Shown here: positions 41,495 to 51,319 of the stretch, one piece after another
Layout of the letters: the number at the start of each line of letters is the position of its first letter
Position numbering within the stretch: the stretch's first letter is position 1
From: an uncultured Rikenellaceae bacterium
GTDB lineage: Bacteria; Bacteroidota; Bacteroidia; Bacteroidales; VadinHA17
Direction of reading: 5' to 3'
Assembly (NCBI GenBank): GCA_964595725.1
Contig: CAZQRQ010000001.1
Location: 10,221-74,220 of the forward strand
DNA: 64,000 nucleotides
Notes under the pieces: generated by a model
What the model saw: the letters and a program-made list of their open reading frames with translations, nothing else
Told to the model about the DNA's origin: nothing
The model's database searches: none
Program-made: the position numbers and the translations under genes

Positions 41495-42295
41495 TCAGTT
41501 TTCCATAAGCTCCATCAAACCGAAATGTGCCGGGGGATGAACGTCCTGACGCACATCGTATATCGGGAAAAGCGTTGATGTTGAACGGAACCTGTCATTT
41601 ACAAAATTCCTGTCCTGGCGAACCGCCTGGAACGCCCACCGGGTTCCCGCCCTGGTCCGGCCTGAAGAAGCAAATTCCCTGAAAGCATCTATCGGGATTG
41701 CAAATTCCATGCACCACCCCTTATCCTTGTCCGTGTCATCATTGATCGTACCATCATATGTGGCTCCCACTTCGTATTTGGGATTATAGGAGGTAATAAA
41801 ATAAGTCCTGTTATTATAAAATCTCCAGAGGACAATATAATCATATGCTGCTTTGATTACGTTGACTTCGAATCCGAAATGCATATAGGCGCTGTCAGGT
41901 ATTGGAACAATAAAGAACTCAGCACAATCGTCCATGTAAGGCCTGCCGTCAAAGTTTGTCTCCCTCGCTGTTAATGATGTATCTTCAAATTCGTAAAAAA
42001 GATAAAGGTTTTGATCGTCCCATAACATTCTGAATTTTGTATTTTGTTTTTCAGGGTCCTTATCCCGCCTGAAAAAATAATCGAACGAACGTACTTCGGC
42101 ATTTTTCCAGCTGGGTTCATCCATTTTGCCATCAACTGTGATAATGTCTCCTGCCCTGGCAACTTTATAAACAGGTTGTTGGCCAATTACAATTTTTTTA
42201 TCAGACTGAGAGTAAACAGAAAGGCAGGTAACAAGGAAGACAGAAACAATGAAAATTCTTCCAATCATAGGATTCCTGGTGATTGCACTTTTCAT
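41495..42295 (-). CDS. CBM9-like carbohydrate-binding domain protein (secreted)
   Basis: Signal peptide. IITVDGKMDEPSWKNAE...MLWDDQNLYLFYEFED...DDCAEFFI is typical of CBM9/DOMON-like domains. Confidence 0.6.
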   Translation of the reverse strand: MKSAITRNPMIGRIFIVSVFLVTCLSVYSQSDKKIVIGQQPVYKVARAGDIITVDGKMDEPSWKNAEVRSFDYFFRRDKDPEKQNTKFRMLWDDQNLYLFYEFEDTSLTARETNFDGRPYMDDCAEFFIVPIPDSAYMHFGFEVNVIKAAYDYIVLWRFYNNRTYFITSYNPKYEVGATYDGTINDDTDKDKGWCMEFAIPIDAFREFASSGRTRAGTRWAFQAVRQDRNFVNDRFRSTSTLFPIYDVRQDVHPPAHFGLMELMEN

Positions 42296-42390
42296 AGCTA
42301 TTTTTGATTAGTTTCGATCAAATTTAGAAAAATCATTCATAAAACAGAATGATTAGTAAAATATCTGCTGCGATCATCGAAATCTGAGGT

Positions 42391-42420
42391 AAAAAAAAGG
42401 GGCTTATGAGACAGCCCCTT
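42391..42420 (-). terminator. Rho-independent terminator of the ECF-sigma operon
   Basis: On the minus strand: AAGGGGCT-GTCTCATA-AGCCCCTT followed by TTTTTTTT, 21 nt downstream of the stop at 42441. Confidence 0.8.
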
Positions 42421-42440
42421 ATGGTCAGAAGGATAATGAG

Positions 42441-43550
42441 TTAATTCTCCGGCCTGTTGCTCATAGCTTTAAGGCCAATAAGCTTTTGGGGGTCAGGTAA
42501 TGAACCATCGTTGAATTTTCTGGCTTTTTCTATGAAGTCCCTGTCGATTTTCATGATTCTGAACTGAAGTATTGTCTCGAGGTCAGCATTTTTATAGCCG
42601 GCATTGCGTATCATGTCAATGTACTCACGGTTAAGGTCAAATATTTTCAGTTTTATTACCTGGGAAGCATTAAGGTTAGTAAATCCCAAATTTCTGCATT
42701 CCTCAACAAAGGCCGGATCGATCCCCTGGGCTTTAAACGCTACAATATTATCGGCGGTAATATCCTTGAGTCCGGTTTTCCTCATACCCGACACATAATC
42801 CGGTGTTATGTTCATCGATTTGAAAGTGACCAGCTGTTTTGATGTAAGATCAAAACCGGTGGTTTTCATTTCTGAAGCATATTCGGGATCAAGCTTAAGT
42901 GCAGAGAAGGTAATAAGATCATTTACCGAAAGGTCACCTCCGAATGCAGATTGGAGCTCCTTTATTTTAGTATCTGTTATATCAAGGGCTTTAAATGTAA
43001 TGGCCTTGTCAATAGTTATGGTGTTTTCAATAATCTTGTTGATGGAATTAAGAAAGACGGGTGTCACTTTTAGTGCCGCAACTGCTATTATCTTGTCACG
43101 AGGTATGTCTTTATACCCCATCTTTGACAGCTCACTGACCGTGGCGGCATCAAAGTTGCTCATGGTCAACGCCAGTAAATCTTCGGTATTAAGATCGTTG
43201 TACCCGAATTGTTTCATCTGGCTGATAAATCCCTGGTTTGCAGTATATTTAAATTCCCCGCTTCCACCATCCGTGTTTATGCTGCCATTAAATACAATTT
43301 CACCGGATTTTCTCGAAAGAGTAAATGTTATATTATTTCCGGTTTTATATCCTTTTAGTTCCACCTGGTCTATTTCATTTCCGTAATTCAAGTTTCTCAA
43401 ATCACCTTTACCTTCCCTGGAGGACAATAAAAGATGCAGTTTCCCCTGCCTGATTTCTGTTTTCCAGAATCCTCTCATGGTTGGTTGCGCCTGCAGCAGG
43501 GCAGATGTAACCAGGCAGGCCACGACAGATATTAATAATTTTCTTTTCAT
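42441..43550 (-). CDS. Secreted protein with nine tandem ~29-aa repeats (unknown function)
   Basis: Signal peptide (ALLQAQP), a beta-rich N-terminal domain, then repeats from aa 108 to aa 364. Last gene of the ECF sigma operon. Confidence 0.6.
   Translation of the reverse strand: MKRKLLISVVACLVTSALLQAQPTMRGFWKTEIRQGKLHLLLSSREGKGDLRNLNYGNEIDQVELKGYKTGNNITFTLSRKSGEIVFNGSINTDGGSGEFKYTANQGFISQMKQFGYNDLNTEDLLALTMSNFDAATVSELSKMGYKDIPRDKIIAVAALKVTPVFLNSINKIIENTITIDKAITFKALDITDTKIKELQSAFGGDLSVNDLITFSALKLDPEYASEMKTTGFDLTSKQLVTFKSMNITPDYVSGMRKTGLKDITADNIVAFKAQGIDPAFVEECRNLGFTNLNASQVIKLKIFDLNREYIDMIRNAGYKNADLETILQFRIMKIDRDFIEKARKFNDGSLPDPQKLIGLKAMSNRPEN
42459..43229 (-). repeat. Protein-level tandem repeat array, 9 x ~29 aa
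   Basis: Units begin at aa 108, 138, 167, 196, 225, 253, 282, 311 and 340. Examples: VSGMRKTGLKDITADNIVAFKAQGIDPAF / VEECRNLGFTNLNASQVIKLKIFDLNREY / IDMIRNAGYKNADLETILQFRIMKIDRDF. Confidence 0.75.
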
Positions 43551-43606
43551 GGGTATAAAGATTTATTTTTCCTAATAAATACCATCCGTAATAAAAAAGG
43601 TTACAC

Positions 43607-44413
43607 TCATTTTGCTTTGACCGAAATATTCCCATAATACGAGTTAAGGATAAACTCGGTACCACCTTTATTCAGCCTTGCTTTTACGGCCTCATCCTGA
43701 TTGTATATCCGCTTAATGGCAGTACTGACCACTTTTATTTCTCGTTTTTGCGTTCTAAGGTCAAGGTCGGTAATCAGTTCTCCCCTGGCGGTCTTGACTG
43801 CAAAATCAACATCCGATTCCTTCGGGATACGTATTTCGATATTTCCGTTATATGATGTTATCATGCTCGGCTTATCAGCAGGAGGGGAGCTGAACATGAT
43901 TCTTGCTTCGCCAAAGATAGTAGATGCAATAACAGGCCCGGAAACGTTTTGAATTATAATATTCCCGTTAGGATTACGGGCATCTATTTCTCCATCGATC
44001 CTCAGTATCGTTAACTGCCCATTATCGTTTGAAGCCACCTTAATGCCATATCTCCTCGGTACCATAATATCAAAATCCACTGTTCTGTTAAATGATTCAC
44101 ACCTCAGCAATACCTCGTTCTCATCAACTTCAGCCGACAGGTTGAACCTGTAAGGCTGAATAACTCTAAGATTGCCTTCAGGAGTGATTTTATCCGTCTG
44201 CTGCTCTCTTAGTTGCCCTTTTACTATAATTACAGAACCATCATACCCGGTAATATTTACTGATCCTTTCGGATTTTCAAATATGAACCTGCATTGTTCA
44301 GCCTTATGCAGTGGTTCAATGATCATTTCCTCCTCCTGTGCGGGCAGGGTGGTCGTTAAAAACAGGAGGATAATCAGGGCTATTATGTTCTTGGCGCTCA
44401 TAACGGGATTCAT
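43607..44413 (-). CDS. DUF4097-like beta-helical (putative adhesin) protein
   Basis: Signal peptide. Repeated GxVxI/NGNIxI strands (GSVNITGYDGSVIIV, NGNIIIQNVSGPV, YNGNIEIRIP, YYGNISVKAK). The start overlaps the upstream stop by 1 nt (TAATG). Confidence 0.68.
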   Translation of the reverse strand: MNPVMSAKNIIALIILLFLTTTLPAQEEEMIIEPLHKAEQCRFIFENPKGSVNITGYDGSVIIVKGQLREQQTDKITPEGNLRVIQPYRFNLSAEVDENEVLLRCESFNRTVDFDIMVPRRYGIKVASNDNGQLTILRIDGEIDARNPNGNIIIQNVSGPVIASTIFGEARIMFSSPPADKPSMITSYNGNIEIRIPKESDVDFAVKTARGELITDLDLRTQKREIKVVSTAIKRIYNQDEAVKARLNKGGTEFILNSYYGNISVKAK

Positions 44414-45186
44414 TAAAGCAAAATTTCAACAGCTTCATTCAGTTTTTCTCTTACATTGTAATCCAGCGTGATATCTGACAATATTTTCTGGAATTCACCG
44501 GCAGATCTTTTCTCTTCAAGCATAAGCATTACCTCAGCGAGCCTCAGCTGTATAAGCGGTGATTTCTGTAAGCTTATTGACCTTACCAGGCCCTCTCTGA
44601 CTTCAGGATTATCAGCATAGTTCACAAGTGTTTCAAGGGCAACCAGTCTCACATTATCATTGGGATCAAGATTCAAAACGCTAAGCAGACTTCCAGAAAT
44701 CCTGGTGTCTATTTCTCCAAGATCAGAAACCATGGTAACTGCCTGGATTCTGTCGGCAGGAGAGCTTTGTTTCATCATTGTAAGCACCAGGGACTCTTTC
44801 AGGCTGTTTATTTCAGACGAGAGTTCTGATAACTGACTGCTTCTGTTTCCGGAATCTCCTAGAAAAGAAGAACCCATCCAGCCCATCACAAATAATGCTA
44901 TTCCGGCTGCCACGCGCACTGAATAACGAAACATATTTGAGTCAGTAACAGAATGCAGTGAAAACCGGTATTTATGCCTGGAGGTTCTTTGTATTTCACT
45001 ATCAAGCATCTTATAAAAACCTGAGTCCATGGATGAGGGTGGATCAGGCCCGATATCGTCCATGAGAAGATCGTGAATTTCTTTAATCTCAGATAATTCA
45101 TCATCTGAAAGGTTGTTTAAATCTGTCGATCTGAGTTCTTCAAATTTCTCATTTAAGTCTTTCTCTTTCATATTTTGATGATTCAA
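44413..45186 (-). CDS. Putative anti-sigma factor: single-pass membrane protein with C-terminal HEAT-like repeats
   Basis: TM segment VRVAAGIALFVMGWMGSSF. The C-terminal region contains DxNVRLVALETL-type HEAT repeats. Overlaps the 3' end of the ECF sigma gene. Confidence 0.6.
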   Translation of the reverse strand: MNHQNMKEKDLNEKFEELRSTDLNNLSDDELSEIKEIHDLLMDDIGPDPPSSMDSGFYKMLDSEIQRTSRHKYRFSLHSVTDSNMFRYSVRVAAGIALFVMGWMGSSFLGDSGNRSSQLSELSSEINSLKESLVLTMMKQSSPADRIQAVTMVSDLGEIDTRISGSLLSVLNLDPNDNVRLVALETLVNYADNPEVREGLVRSISLQKSPLIQLRLAEVMLMLEEKRSAGEFQKILSDITLDYNVREKLNEAVEILL

Positions 45187-45709
45187 GTTTGATATATATA
45201 GTCCTTAGTTTTTTTAAAGCTCTGCAAATACGTGTTTTAACTGCATTTTCAGTACTACCTGTTATTTCCGCAATTTCGCTATAGCGTAGTTCACGGATCT
45301 TTCCAAGCAGGAGGATTTCCTGGTCATCCCTGTCCAGCCTTGCTAGTGCTTTGTCCAAAATTTCCAGGCTTTCAGTTCTTTCCAGGTCATTATTGACATG
45401 GTACCCGTTCCGGTACTCTGCATAATCATTATCCAGGATTACCTGGTTAGTTTTCCTGCGATGGTCAACTCCTGTATTATGGGCAATACTGAATATCCAT
45501 TTTGCAAATGATCCTGTACCCTTATAGCTTTTCCTGTATCTGATGGCTTTGTAAAAGACAGTATGGACAAGGTCTTCACTTGATGCCTGATCGCCCCGGG
45601 TCAGCTTAAAAAAATAACCATATAGGCGCTTTTTATATCGTTGATACAAAATCCCGAATTCACCGACTTCGCCGTCGATAACCCTCATCATTAAATCATT
45701 TTCGTCCAA
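45149..45709 (-). CDS. ECF-subfamily RNA polymerase sigma-70 factor
   Basis: Region 2 (LYGYFFKLT...EDLVHTVFYKAIR) and region 4 HTH (LRYSEIAEITGSTENAVKTRICRALKKLR). Confidence 0.9.
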   Translation of the reverse strand: MDENDLMMRVIDGEVGEFGILYQRYKKRLYGYFFKLTRGDQASSEDLVHTVFYKAIRYRKSYKGTGSFAKWIFSIAHNTGVDHRRKTNQVILDNDYAEYRNGYHVNNDLERTESLEILDKALARLDRDDQEILLLGKIRELRYSEIAEITGSTENAVKTRICRALKKLRTIYIKLESSKYERERLK

Positions 45710-45798
45710 GACCTGTTAATGAAGTTCATTATAAAGACCTTTCTTTTTACATAAGGTTACAACAAAATGAAAAATTGCATATTCCTGGGAGGAAAATG

Positions 45799-46980
45799 CT
45801 ATTCCTGTGTGATAGAATTTGATATTATCCCGAAGTAGACAGGTTTCATTCCGTTGGAACGTTGCTCGTAAAGCCAGTATTTTTCACCTTCGTCTGTGAG
45901 GAAAGATCCTACCTGCCTGTAAACAGGTTGCCCTATCAGCCACAATTCGATTATGCTTTGTATGCCTTCGTCAGGTGCGGGGACTTCCGTGATATTCTTT
46001 TCGGAGAAGAAGCTATGCCATACAGCAGGAAAGACAATTTTTCTGATCATCCCCATGGTTATTACTCCTTCCCTTTCCATTTCTCCAAGTTCAGTGTCTT
46101 TTGCAACGAAATAAAAGACCGAATCGTTTTCCCATCTACCGTTTATATATGTTATCTGCTCGTTGCTGAAAACTGGCTCACCGTAATACGATGAATCAGG
46201 CCGGGTGGTTTCAGGATTTTCTGCCGGCTGAAGATAAAAGAAGAAAGCAAAGATTCCTGCAGTCAGCATTAGGAATGATATCAGGGAGTAAGCTTTTAAT
46301 CCTCCGGGTGTTGCCATGAGGCGCATCTTCTTCATCCCTTCGCCCGAAAACTCCTGTTCCATAAAATCTGCTGGCCTGACCTCTCTGATACCAAGACCCC
46401 TTAACCGTGTTACATATTGTTCAGGATCTGCCGGTGTGATGAAAATAAAACCATGTGATACGGTCTGTATCAGCACTGCCTGCCCTATTACCGAAGTGCC
46501 AAAGCTCCTTATATTTGATTTTGTACCCGAACCGGTAACTGAATTAACGACAGGTACTGAAACAAACCGGGTAAGCAGGCCATAATATTTTGAAGCCCTG
46601 TACCACCTGGCAATATTCATTTCTCTTTCTGCTTCTACGACAGGCCAGTAGGATTTATTGAAAAACTGTATAACCTCATCACGGGACAGAAGCGAAACAG
46701 ATGTTATGTCCCTGACATTGATAGTGATTTTTTGAAAAAAGTTACTAATGAATATGCTGTTTATCCCGATCCCGTATCTTATACTGAAAGCCAGGATTTT
46801 AAAAGCCATTCCGATCAGTGCAAGAAAACCCAGTACTGCTATAATGATACCTGCAAGGTACCCTGAAAGCAGGTATATAATTAATCCTCCTGCAGCAAAA
46901 AGGCTGAAAGCCAGCAGGAAAATAATAACATTCTTTGCTGACCTGCGGGGCCGGAAGTACTGGTAATTATAGTCTTCCAT
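45799..46980 (-). CDS. Hypothetical membrane protein
   Basis: 393 aa with an N-terminal TM hairpin, a soluble segment, another TM (SLISFLMLTAGIFAFFFYL) and a C-terminal domain. No family recognised. Confidence 0.5.
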   Translation of the reverse strand: MEDYNYQYFRPRRSAKNVIIFLLAFSLFAAGGLIIYLLSGYLAGIIIAVLGFLALIGMAFKILAFSIRYGIGINSIFISNFFQKITINVRDITSVSLLSRDEVIQFFNKSYWPVVEAEREMNIARWYRASKYYGLLTRFVSVPVVNSVTGSGTKSNIRSFGTSVIGQAVLIQTVSHGFIFITPADPEQYVTRLRGLGIREVRPADFMEQEFSGEGMKKMRLMATPGGLKAYSLISFLMLTAGIFAFFFYLQPAENPETTRPDSSYYGEPVFSNEQITYINGRWENDSVFYFVAKDTELGEMEREGVITMGMIRKIVFPAVWHSFFSEKNITEVPAPDEGIQSIIELWLIGQPVYRQVGSFLTDEGEKYWLYEQRSNGMKPVYFGIISNSITQE

Positions 46981-47015
46981 AATGGCAATCCGTTATGTTT
47001 AAAAACAGAAATTTC

Positions 47016-48380
47016 TCAGGCAAGCCTGCCAATAACAATAGTGGCGAATCCAAGAGCAAGTAAAAATCCTATCATATCGGTAATGGTCGTTAATATGGGC
47101 CCGGAAGCCAGTGCCGGGTCAACGTTCATCTTTTTAAGAATCAGGGGAACAGTACCGCCTATTGAGACTGCAATCATGGTGTTTATTGCCAGGGCACCGC
47201 CAACGACAAGACCAAGGTATAGATTTCTCTTCCAGAGGAAAGCTGCTGTACCGATAAGAAGTCCAAGAACAAGACCATTTATTATCCCCACCGATATTTC
47301 CTGCATCCAGACCCTGAAAACCTCTCCGGGGCGGATTATTCCAAGAGAAAGCTCGCGCATGCTTACAGCCACAGCCTGGTTTCCTGTGCATCCGCTCATA
47401 TCGGAAATGATCGGAAGAAATACGGCAAGAGCTATTACAGCGCTGAGTGTTTCCTGGTAAAAAGCAATAACGCTAGCAGCAAGAAGGTTAAGAAGAATGT
47501 TTACAGATAACCATGACAGCCTTCTTCGTGACCTTTGCCATACAGGCATTGTGCGTAATTCATCCCCGCCTACAATACCCTGTGATTCAAGGTGTTCTAT
47601 AGCTGCACGTTCATTCACGGCTTCCAGGACATTCTTCCTTCTGATAACCCCTATCAGCTCGTTGTTATTGTCGATAACCGGGAATCCGTAAAAGTTATGT
47701 GTTTCAAAAAGATCATTCAGCTCTTCAAGAGAAGTGTCGGCTTTAACAGCCATAACTTCCTTAATTACTATATCAGAAAGTTTCTGGAATGGTTTTCCTA
47801 GCATAAGGTCCTGCATCTGGAGTACTCCAACGAAGATATCCTGATCAGAGACGACATAAATATATCTTATATGATAATTTTTATATTCTTCGGAGTTATT
47901 CCTGAGATCTTCAATTGCCTGTTTTACGGTCAGGGATTCATTAAATGCAATATATTCTGTAAGCATTAGACCTCCGGCAGTTTCAGGGTCGTACTCGATC
48001 ATCATCCTGGCATCAGCAGCTTCTTCAGGATTCATTTCAGTCAGAATGGCTTCTGCATCATCTTCATCTAGTTCGGTTATCAGGTCAGCACGGTCGTCAC
48101 TTTCCATTTCATTTAAAATAGCCGCGGCGCTTCCGGTATCCATATCCTCAATTATGTCAGCTGCCTGTGCCTCCGGCAACTCTTCAATAACATCCGCTGC
48201 TTCTTCCGGGTTTAGCATTGTAAGAAGCAATTGCTGTTCCTTTCTGCCCAGTTTACTCATAAGGTAAACAACCTCACTTGCGGGCAGTGTGTCAAGAAAA
48301 ATTGTAAGATCATTTTTGTTGTCTTCCCGGAGTAGTGAACGGATTATCTCAACAGGTGGGGTGATTATTTGTTTATCCAT
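47016..48380 (-). CDS. mgtE: Magnesium transporter MgtE
   Basis: Acidic N-domain, tandem CBS domains, and a C-terminal 5-TM domain with the PIISDMSGCTGNQA and GPILTTITDMIGF motifs. Confidence 0.92.
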   Translation of the reverse strand: MDKQIITPPVEIIRSLLREDNKNDLTIFLDTLPASEVVYLMSKLGRKEQQLLLTMLNPEEAADVIEELPEAQAADIIEDMDTGSAAAILNEMESDDRADLITELDEDDAEAILTEMNPEEAADARMMIEYDPETAGGLMLTEYIAFNESLTVKQAIEDLRNNSEEYKNYHIRYIYVVSDQDIFVGVLQMQDLMLGKPFQKLSDIVIKEVMAVKADTSLEELNDLFETHNFYGFPVIDNNNELIGVIRRKNVLEAVNERAAIEHLESQGIVGGDELRTMPVWQRSRRRLSWLSVNILLNLLAASVIAFYQETLSAVIALAVFLPIISDMSGCTGNQAVAVSMRELSLGIIRPGEVFRVWMQEISVGIINGLVLGLLIGTAAFLWKRNLYLGLVVGGALAINTMIAVSIGGTVPLILKKMNVDPALASGPILTTITDMIGFLLALGFATIVIGRLA

Positions 48381-48468
48381 TATTTTGGGTATAGCATTAA
48401 TAAACCAGTATCTGATAATACAAAGTAACCAAATATTTGTATGGAAGGTTATCTAAATTAATATGAAC

Positions 48469-49368
48469 TTACTGCTCAGGGGCCACCTCAATTTTCATTT
48501 TTCCCTCATGAACCTCAATTGAATACTCCTGTCCGTTTTTCAGACTAAGTGTCAGGGTTTTGGTTTCCCCGGGGAAAAGCCGGTGTGTCCGGTATGATAC
48601 CGGTCCGATTTCTGCTATGGGAAGAGAAACACCATTAACAGATGAATAATTAATAACCTTTGCCGGTGAATCTGACTCGTTTGTAAGTTTAACTTGTGTA
48701 TAAACGTCGTAGTTTACAACAAATTGTAGTTTTGTACCCCTTTCGAAGGTTTGGTTAACAGGTATGTCTTTCCTTACAGTTGTCCAGCTTGATGGTGCTT
48801 CGGGTTCGGGTATCTTTGGCCTCATCTTCTCATCAACTTCGGTATAACCTTCGGGCACCTCAAATAATGACGGATCGACTTTCCACTCCTTAATATCTGT
48901 GAGAACCATGAATGAATTCTCCGCTAAATGGTTAGTTGCCTTTATTATAAAATTAAGCTTTGGTGTATACCAGGCAGTAAATATTTTTGTATCTCCCTGG
49001 TAATATTCGGAGATTTCGCAATCATATCCTGACACCTTTTCGGTTCCCAACTTTTTTGTTTCACTATTAGAGGCATATATTTTTATAGCTGCCACGGGGT
49101 CATTTGAAACCATCCTGAAATCATCACCTGTAGTTTTGTATACGAATTTTTCGTCAGGCAACAACAACCACATCTGATTTTCCCGTGGCGACGCAATAAG
49201 AATTCCTTTCATCCCGCTTTCTTCAAATTCATAACGGTATTTATCAAGATTCGAAAATACCTTAAAGGTTCGTGATGTTCCCTGTACAGTATTTGTAAGG
49301 GTTGCTGTGAACTGCCCGAACATGTTCAGGCTTATTGACAGAATAAGCATTGAAAATAAGACTTTCAT
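48469..49368 (-). CDS. Hypothetical secreted protein
   Basis: Signal peptide MKVLFSMLILSISLNMFGQ. Beta-rich. Family assignment uncertain (possibly DUF4412/LolA-like N-terminal half). Confidence 0.5.
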   Translation of the reverse strand: MKVLFSMLILSISLNMFGQFTATLTNTVQGTSRTFKVFSNLDKYRYEFEESGMKGILIASPRENQMWLLLPDEKFVYKTTGDDFRMVSNDPVAAIKIYASNSETKKLGTEKVSGYDCEISEYYQGDTKIFTAWYTPKLNFIIKATNHLAENSFMVLTDIKEWKVDPSLFEVPEGYTEVDEKMRPKIPEPEAPSSWTTVRKDIPVNQTFERGTKLQFVVNYDVYTQVKLTNESDSPAKVINYSSVNGVSLPIAEIGPVSYRTHRLFPGETKTLTLSLKNGQEYSIEVHEGKMKIEVAPEQ

Positions 49369-49482
49369 ATCTCTTTTTATTTATGATTTACAGAATAAAT
49401 ATTTTAGGTTCAAATGACTACAGGTTTTTTTAAGGATTCCGTCTTGACCATTATCAAGCAACGGATTCGCTCCCTTGCTTCT

Positions 49483-51225
49483 TTAATATCTCCAGCTCGT
49501 AAGATCTGCTCCCGGTGGAGCTGTATGCCTGATTCTTTCGAGTATTACGGGCATGTACATCTCGTTATACCTTAATCTCGACAGGTAATTGGGCCTTGTG
49601 GGATCGCCGTTCCAGCAGTGCTCAGCCCTGTCCCCATATCTTACCTCTCCTTCATAACAGGGATTTTTTGTATTTTCAAGAAAATCTTCCATAAGATAGA
49701 CAGCATTGTTGAGGTAGTAATTGTCCATATCTCCGCAATAAATCCTCAGCTTCCCCTGCAGCTTCGGGCCCAGTGTTGCCCAGTCGCGTTCAAGGATATA
49801 TCTCAGATCATAGTTTTCTTTCCAGTATTCAGCAATTTCCCTGTCTATTACCCCGGTACTCTTGTTCCAGATGGGTTTTGGATATCCGTCGTTACCCCGC
49901 GGTGAAAAGACAGCCTGCCAGATATCCCATTGTCCACCTGACCGGCTGTTGGTTCCAATGGCATTTTCCATAAGGTTCTGACTCCTGACTGTTGAACTAA
50001 TCTGTCCAAGCCAGTTTCGGTGAGCCGGGCGTTCAATAATTCCGAACGGACCTTCATCATAATATGCATTTTCGTTCTCGTAAATATTTACCAGGCCGTA
50101 TGCCCTGAAATCTATAGGATCGGGACATGCAGCAAAGCATCCGTTATATTCATCGGGATAGAATACCTGAACAGCCAGTGCTTCCCACCCTCCGGTTGAC
50201 CCGCCATAAAGAAAACGGGACCATCCTTCGCCAATGCCCCTGAACTGCCTTTCAATTTCGGGTATAAGTTCAAAAGTAATTGCATCACCATATGGTCCGA
50301 GGTTTTCGGAGTTAACTGCATATGAATCATCGTAAAAAGGATTTGCATGCTGTATCTCAACGATAAGCATCCTTGGAAAATCTTCGGATATCCATTTTTT
50401 ATAGAAATCGTAGGCTGACTGCTGTTTAATAATATTATAGCCGGTAATCCTGAACCTTTCGCTTGTATCGGGCTTCAATCCCGGGTCCGGAGGTACAGTA
50501 CGAAAGTCGCCAAAATCGGCAGGGAAATGCCCGTGGAAGATACAGATCGGATACCTGGCTTCAGGATGCTCATCGAAACCCTCAGGTACGAGTATATGTG
50601 CACCCAGATACATAGGTCTTCCCCAGAATTCTGTGAGAAGCTTGCTTTCAATCCTGATATGTTTTATGTATTTCGTATCTTCAGTTTCAGGTATAGGCGG
50701 ATTGACTTCGGTCAACCGGATATTAAATTCTTTACGTGTGTTTTTCTGAATGAATATCCTTACCGGCTTGCTGAACAGGTTCCCGGGAGCGATCCTCCAG
50801 TTCTGGCCCTCACCCCTGTCCATGGGCAGTTTAATTGTATGGCCGGAAGTCAGTTTAAATGTCTCATATTTATGCAGCAATATCTGTACATTATATTCTC
50901 CTTCAGGAATCTTATTGAAAGTGCTTAGTGGAGCACCGTTTTCATCTCCCGCAAATATTTTAACTTCACCTTCTTCCCAGCCGTTCACATCCATTCCGAA
51001 GACTTGTGCGGACAGGTAATCATCACGTATGAGGTTCTTTGGTTCAGAATCTGTACCGGTGTCAGACAGGATAAGCAGCAGCCTTCCGTCTAACGGACCA
51101 GAGTGTAATGAATCGGAAATTGTTACTGAGAACACCAAATCCGTCTTATTAGATAAGTCTTTACATCCAAACAGATATAATATGCTGCAGGCGATTACCG
51201 GCAACAGAGCTTTGACCTTTGGCAT
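49483..51225 (-). CDS. Putative esterase-family alpha/beta hydrolase lipoprotein
   Basis: Lipobox LYLFGCKD. The C-terminal half has an esterase-D/enterochelin-esterase-like nucleophile context, FLYGGSTGGWEALA. Confidence 0.65.
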   Translation of the reverse strand: MPKVKALLPVIACSILYLFGCKDLSNKTDLVFSVTISDSLHSGPLDGRLLLILSDTGTDSEPKNLIRDDYLSAQVFGMDVNGWEEGEVKIFAGDENGAPLSTFNKIPEGEYNVQILLHKYETFKLTSGHTIKLPMDRGEGQNWRIAPGNLFSKPVRIFIQKNTRKEFNIRLTEVNPPIPETEDTKYIKHIRIESKLLTEFWGRPMYLGAHILVPEGFDEHPEARYPICIFHGHFPADFGDFRTVPPDPGLKPDTSERFRITGYNIIKQQSAYDFYKKWISEDFPRMLIVEIQHANPFYDDSYAVNSENLGPYGDAITFELIPEIERQFRGIGEGWSRFLYGGSTGGWEALAVQVFYPDEYNGCFAACPDPIDFRAYGLVNIYENENAYYDEGPFGIIERPAHRNWLGQISSTVRSQNLMENAIGTNSRSGGQWDIWQAVFSPRGNDGYPKPIWNKSTGVIDREIAEYWKENYDLRYILERDWATLGPKLQGKLRIYCGDMDNYYLNNAVYLMEDFLENTKNPCYEGEVRYGDRAEHCWNGDPTRPNYLSRLRYNEMYMPVILERIRHTAPPGADLTSWRY

Positions 51226-51319
51226 GGCAGGTGATATTTTAATACACCTACAATTTAAGCAAAATCATTTAACCGCAAAAGGACATGGCGTCCAACTGGT
51301 GTTGAAAAGTTGTCAGTGG

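Noticed and set aside
42808-43386. Long antisense ORFs: 42808-43386 (+), 51029-51604 (+), 47041-47460 (+), 60705-61187 (-), 3379-3852 (-), 54619-54999 (-) and many other 60-130-aa track ORFs.
   Set aside because: Each lies opposite a well-supported gene with recognisable motifs. Their translations are low-complexity (Ser/Pro/Leu/Ile-rich) with no domain signatures, which is typical of shadow ORFs. The 60705-61187 ORF simply mirrors the copA HMBD duplication.
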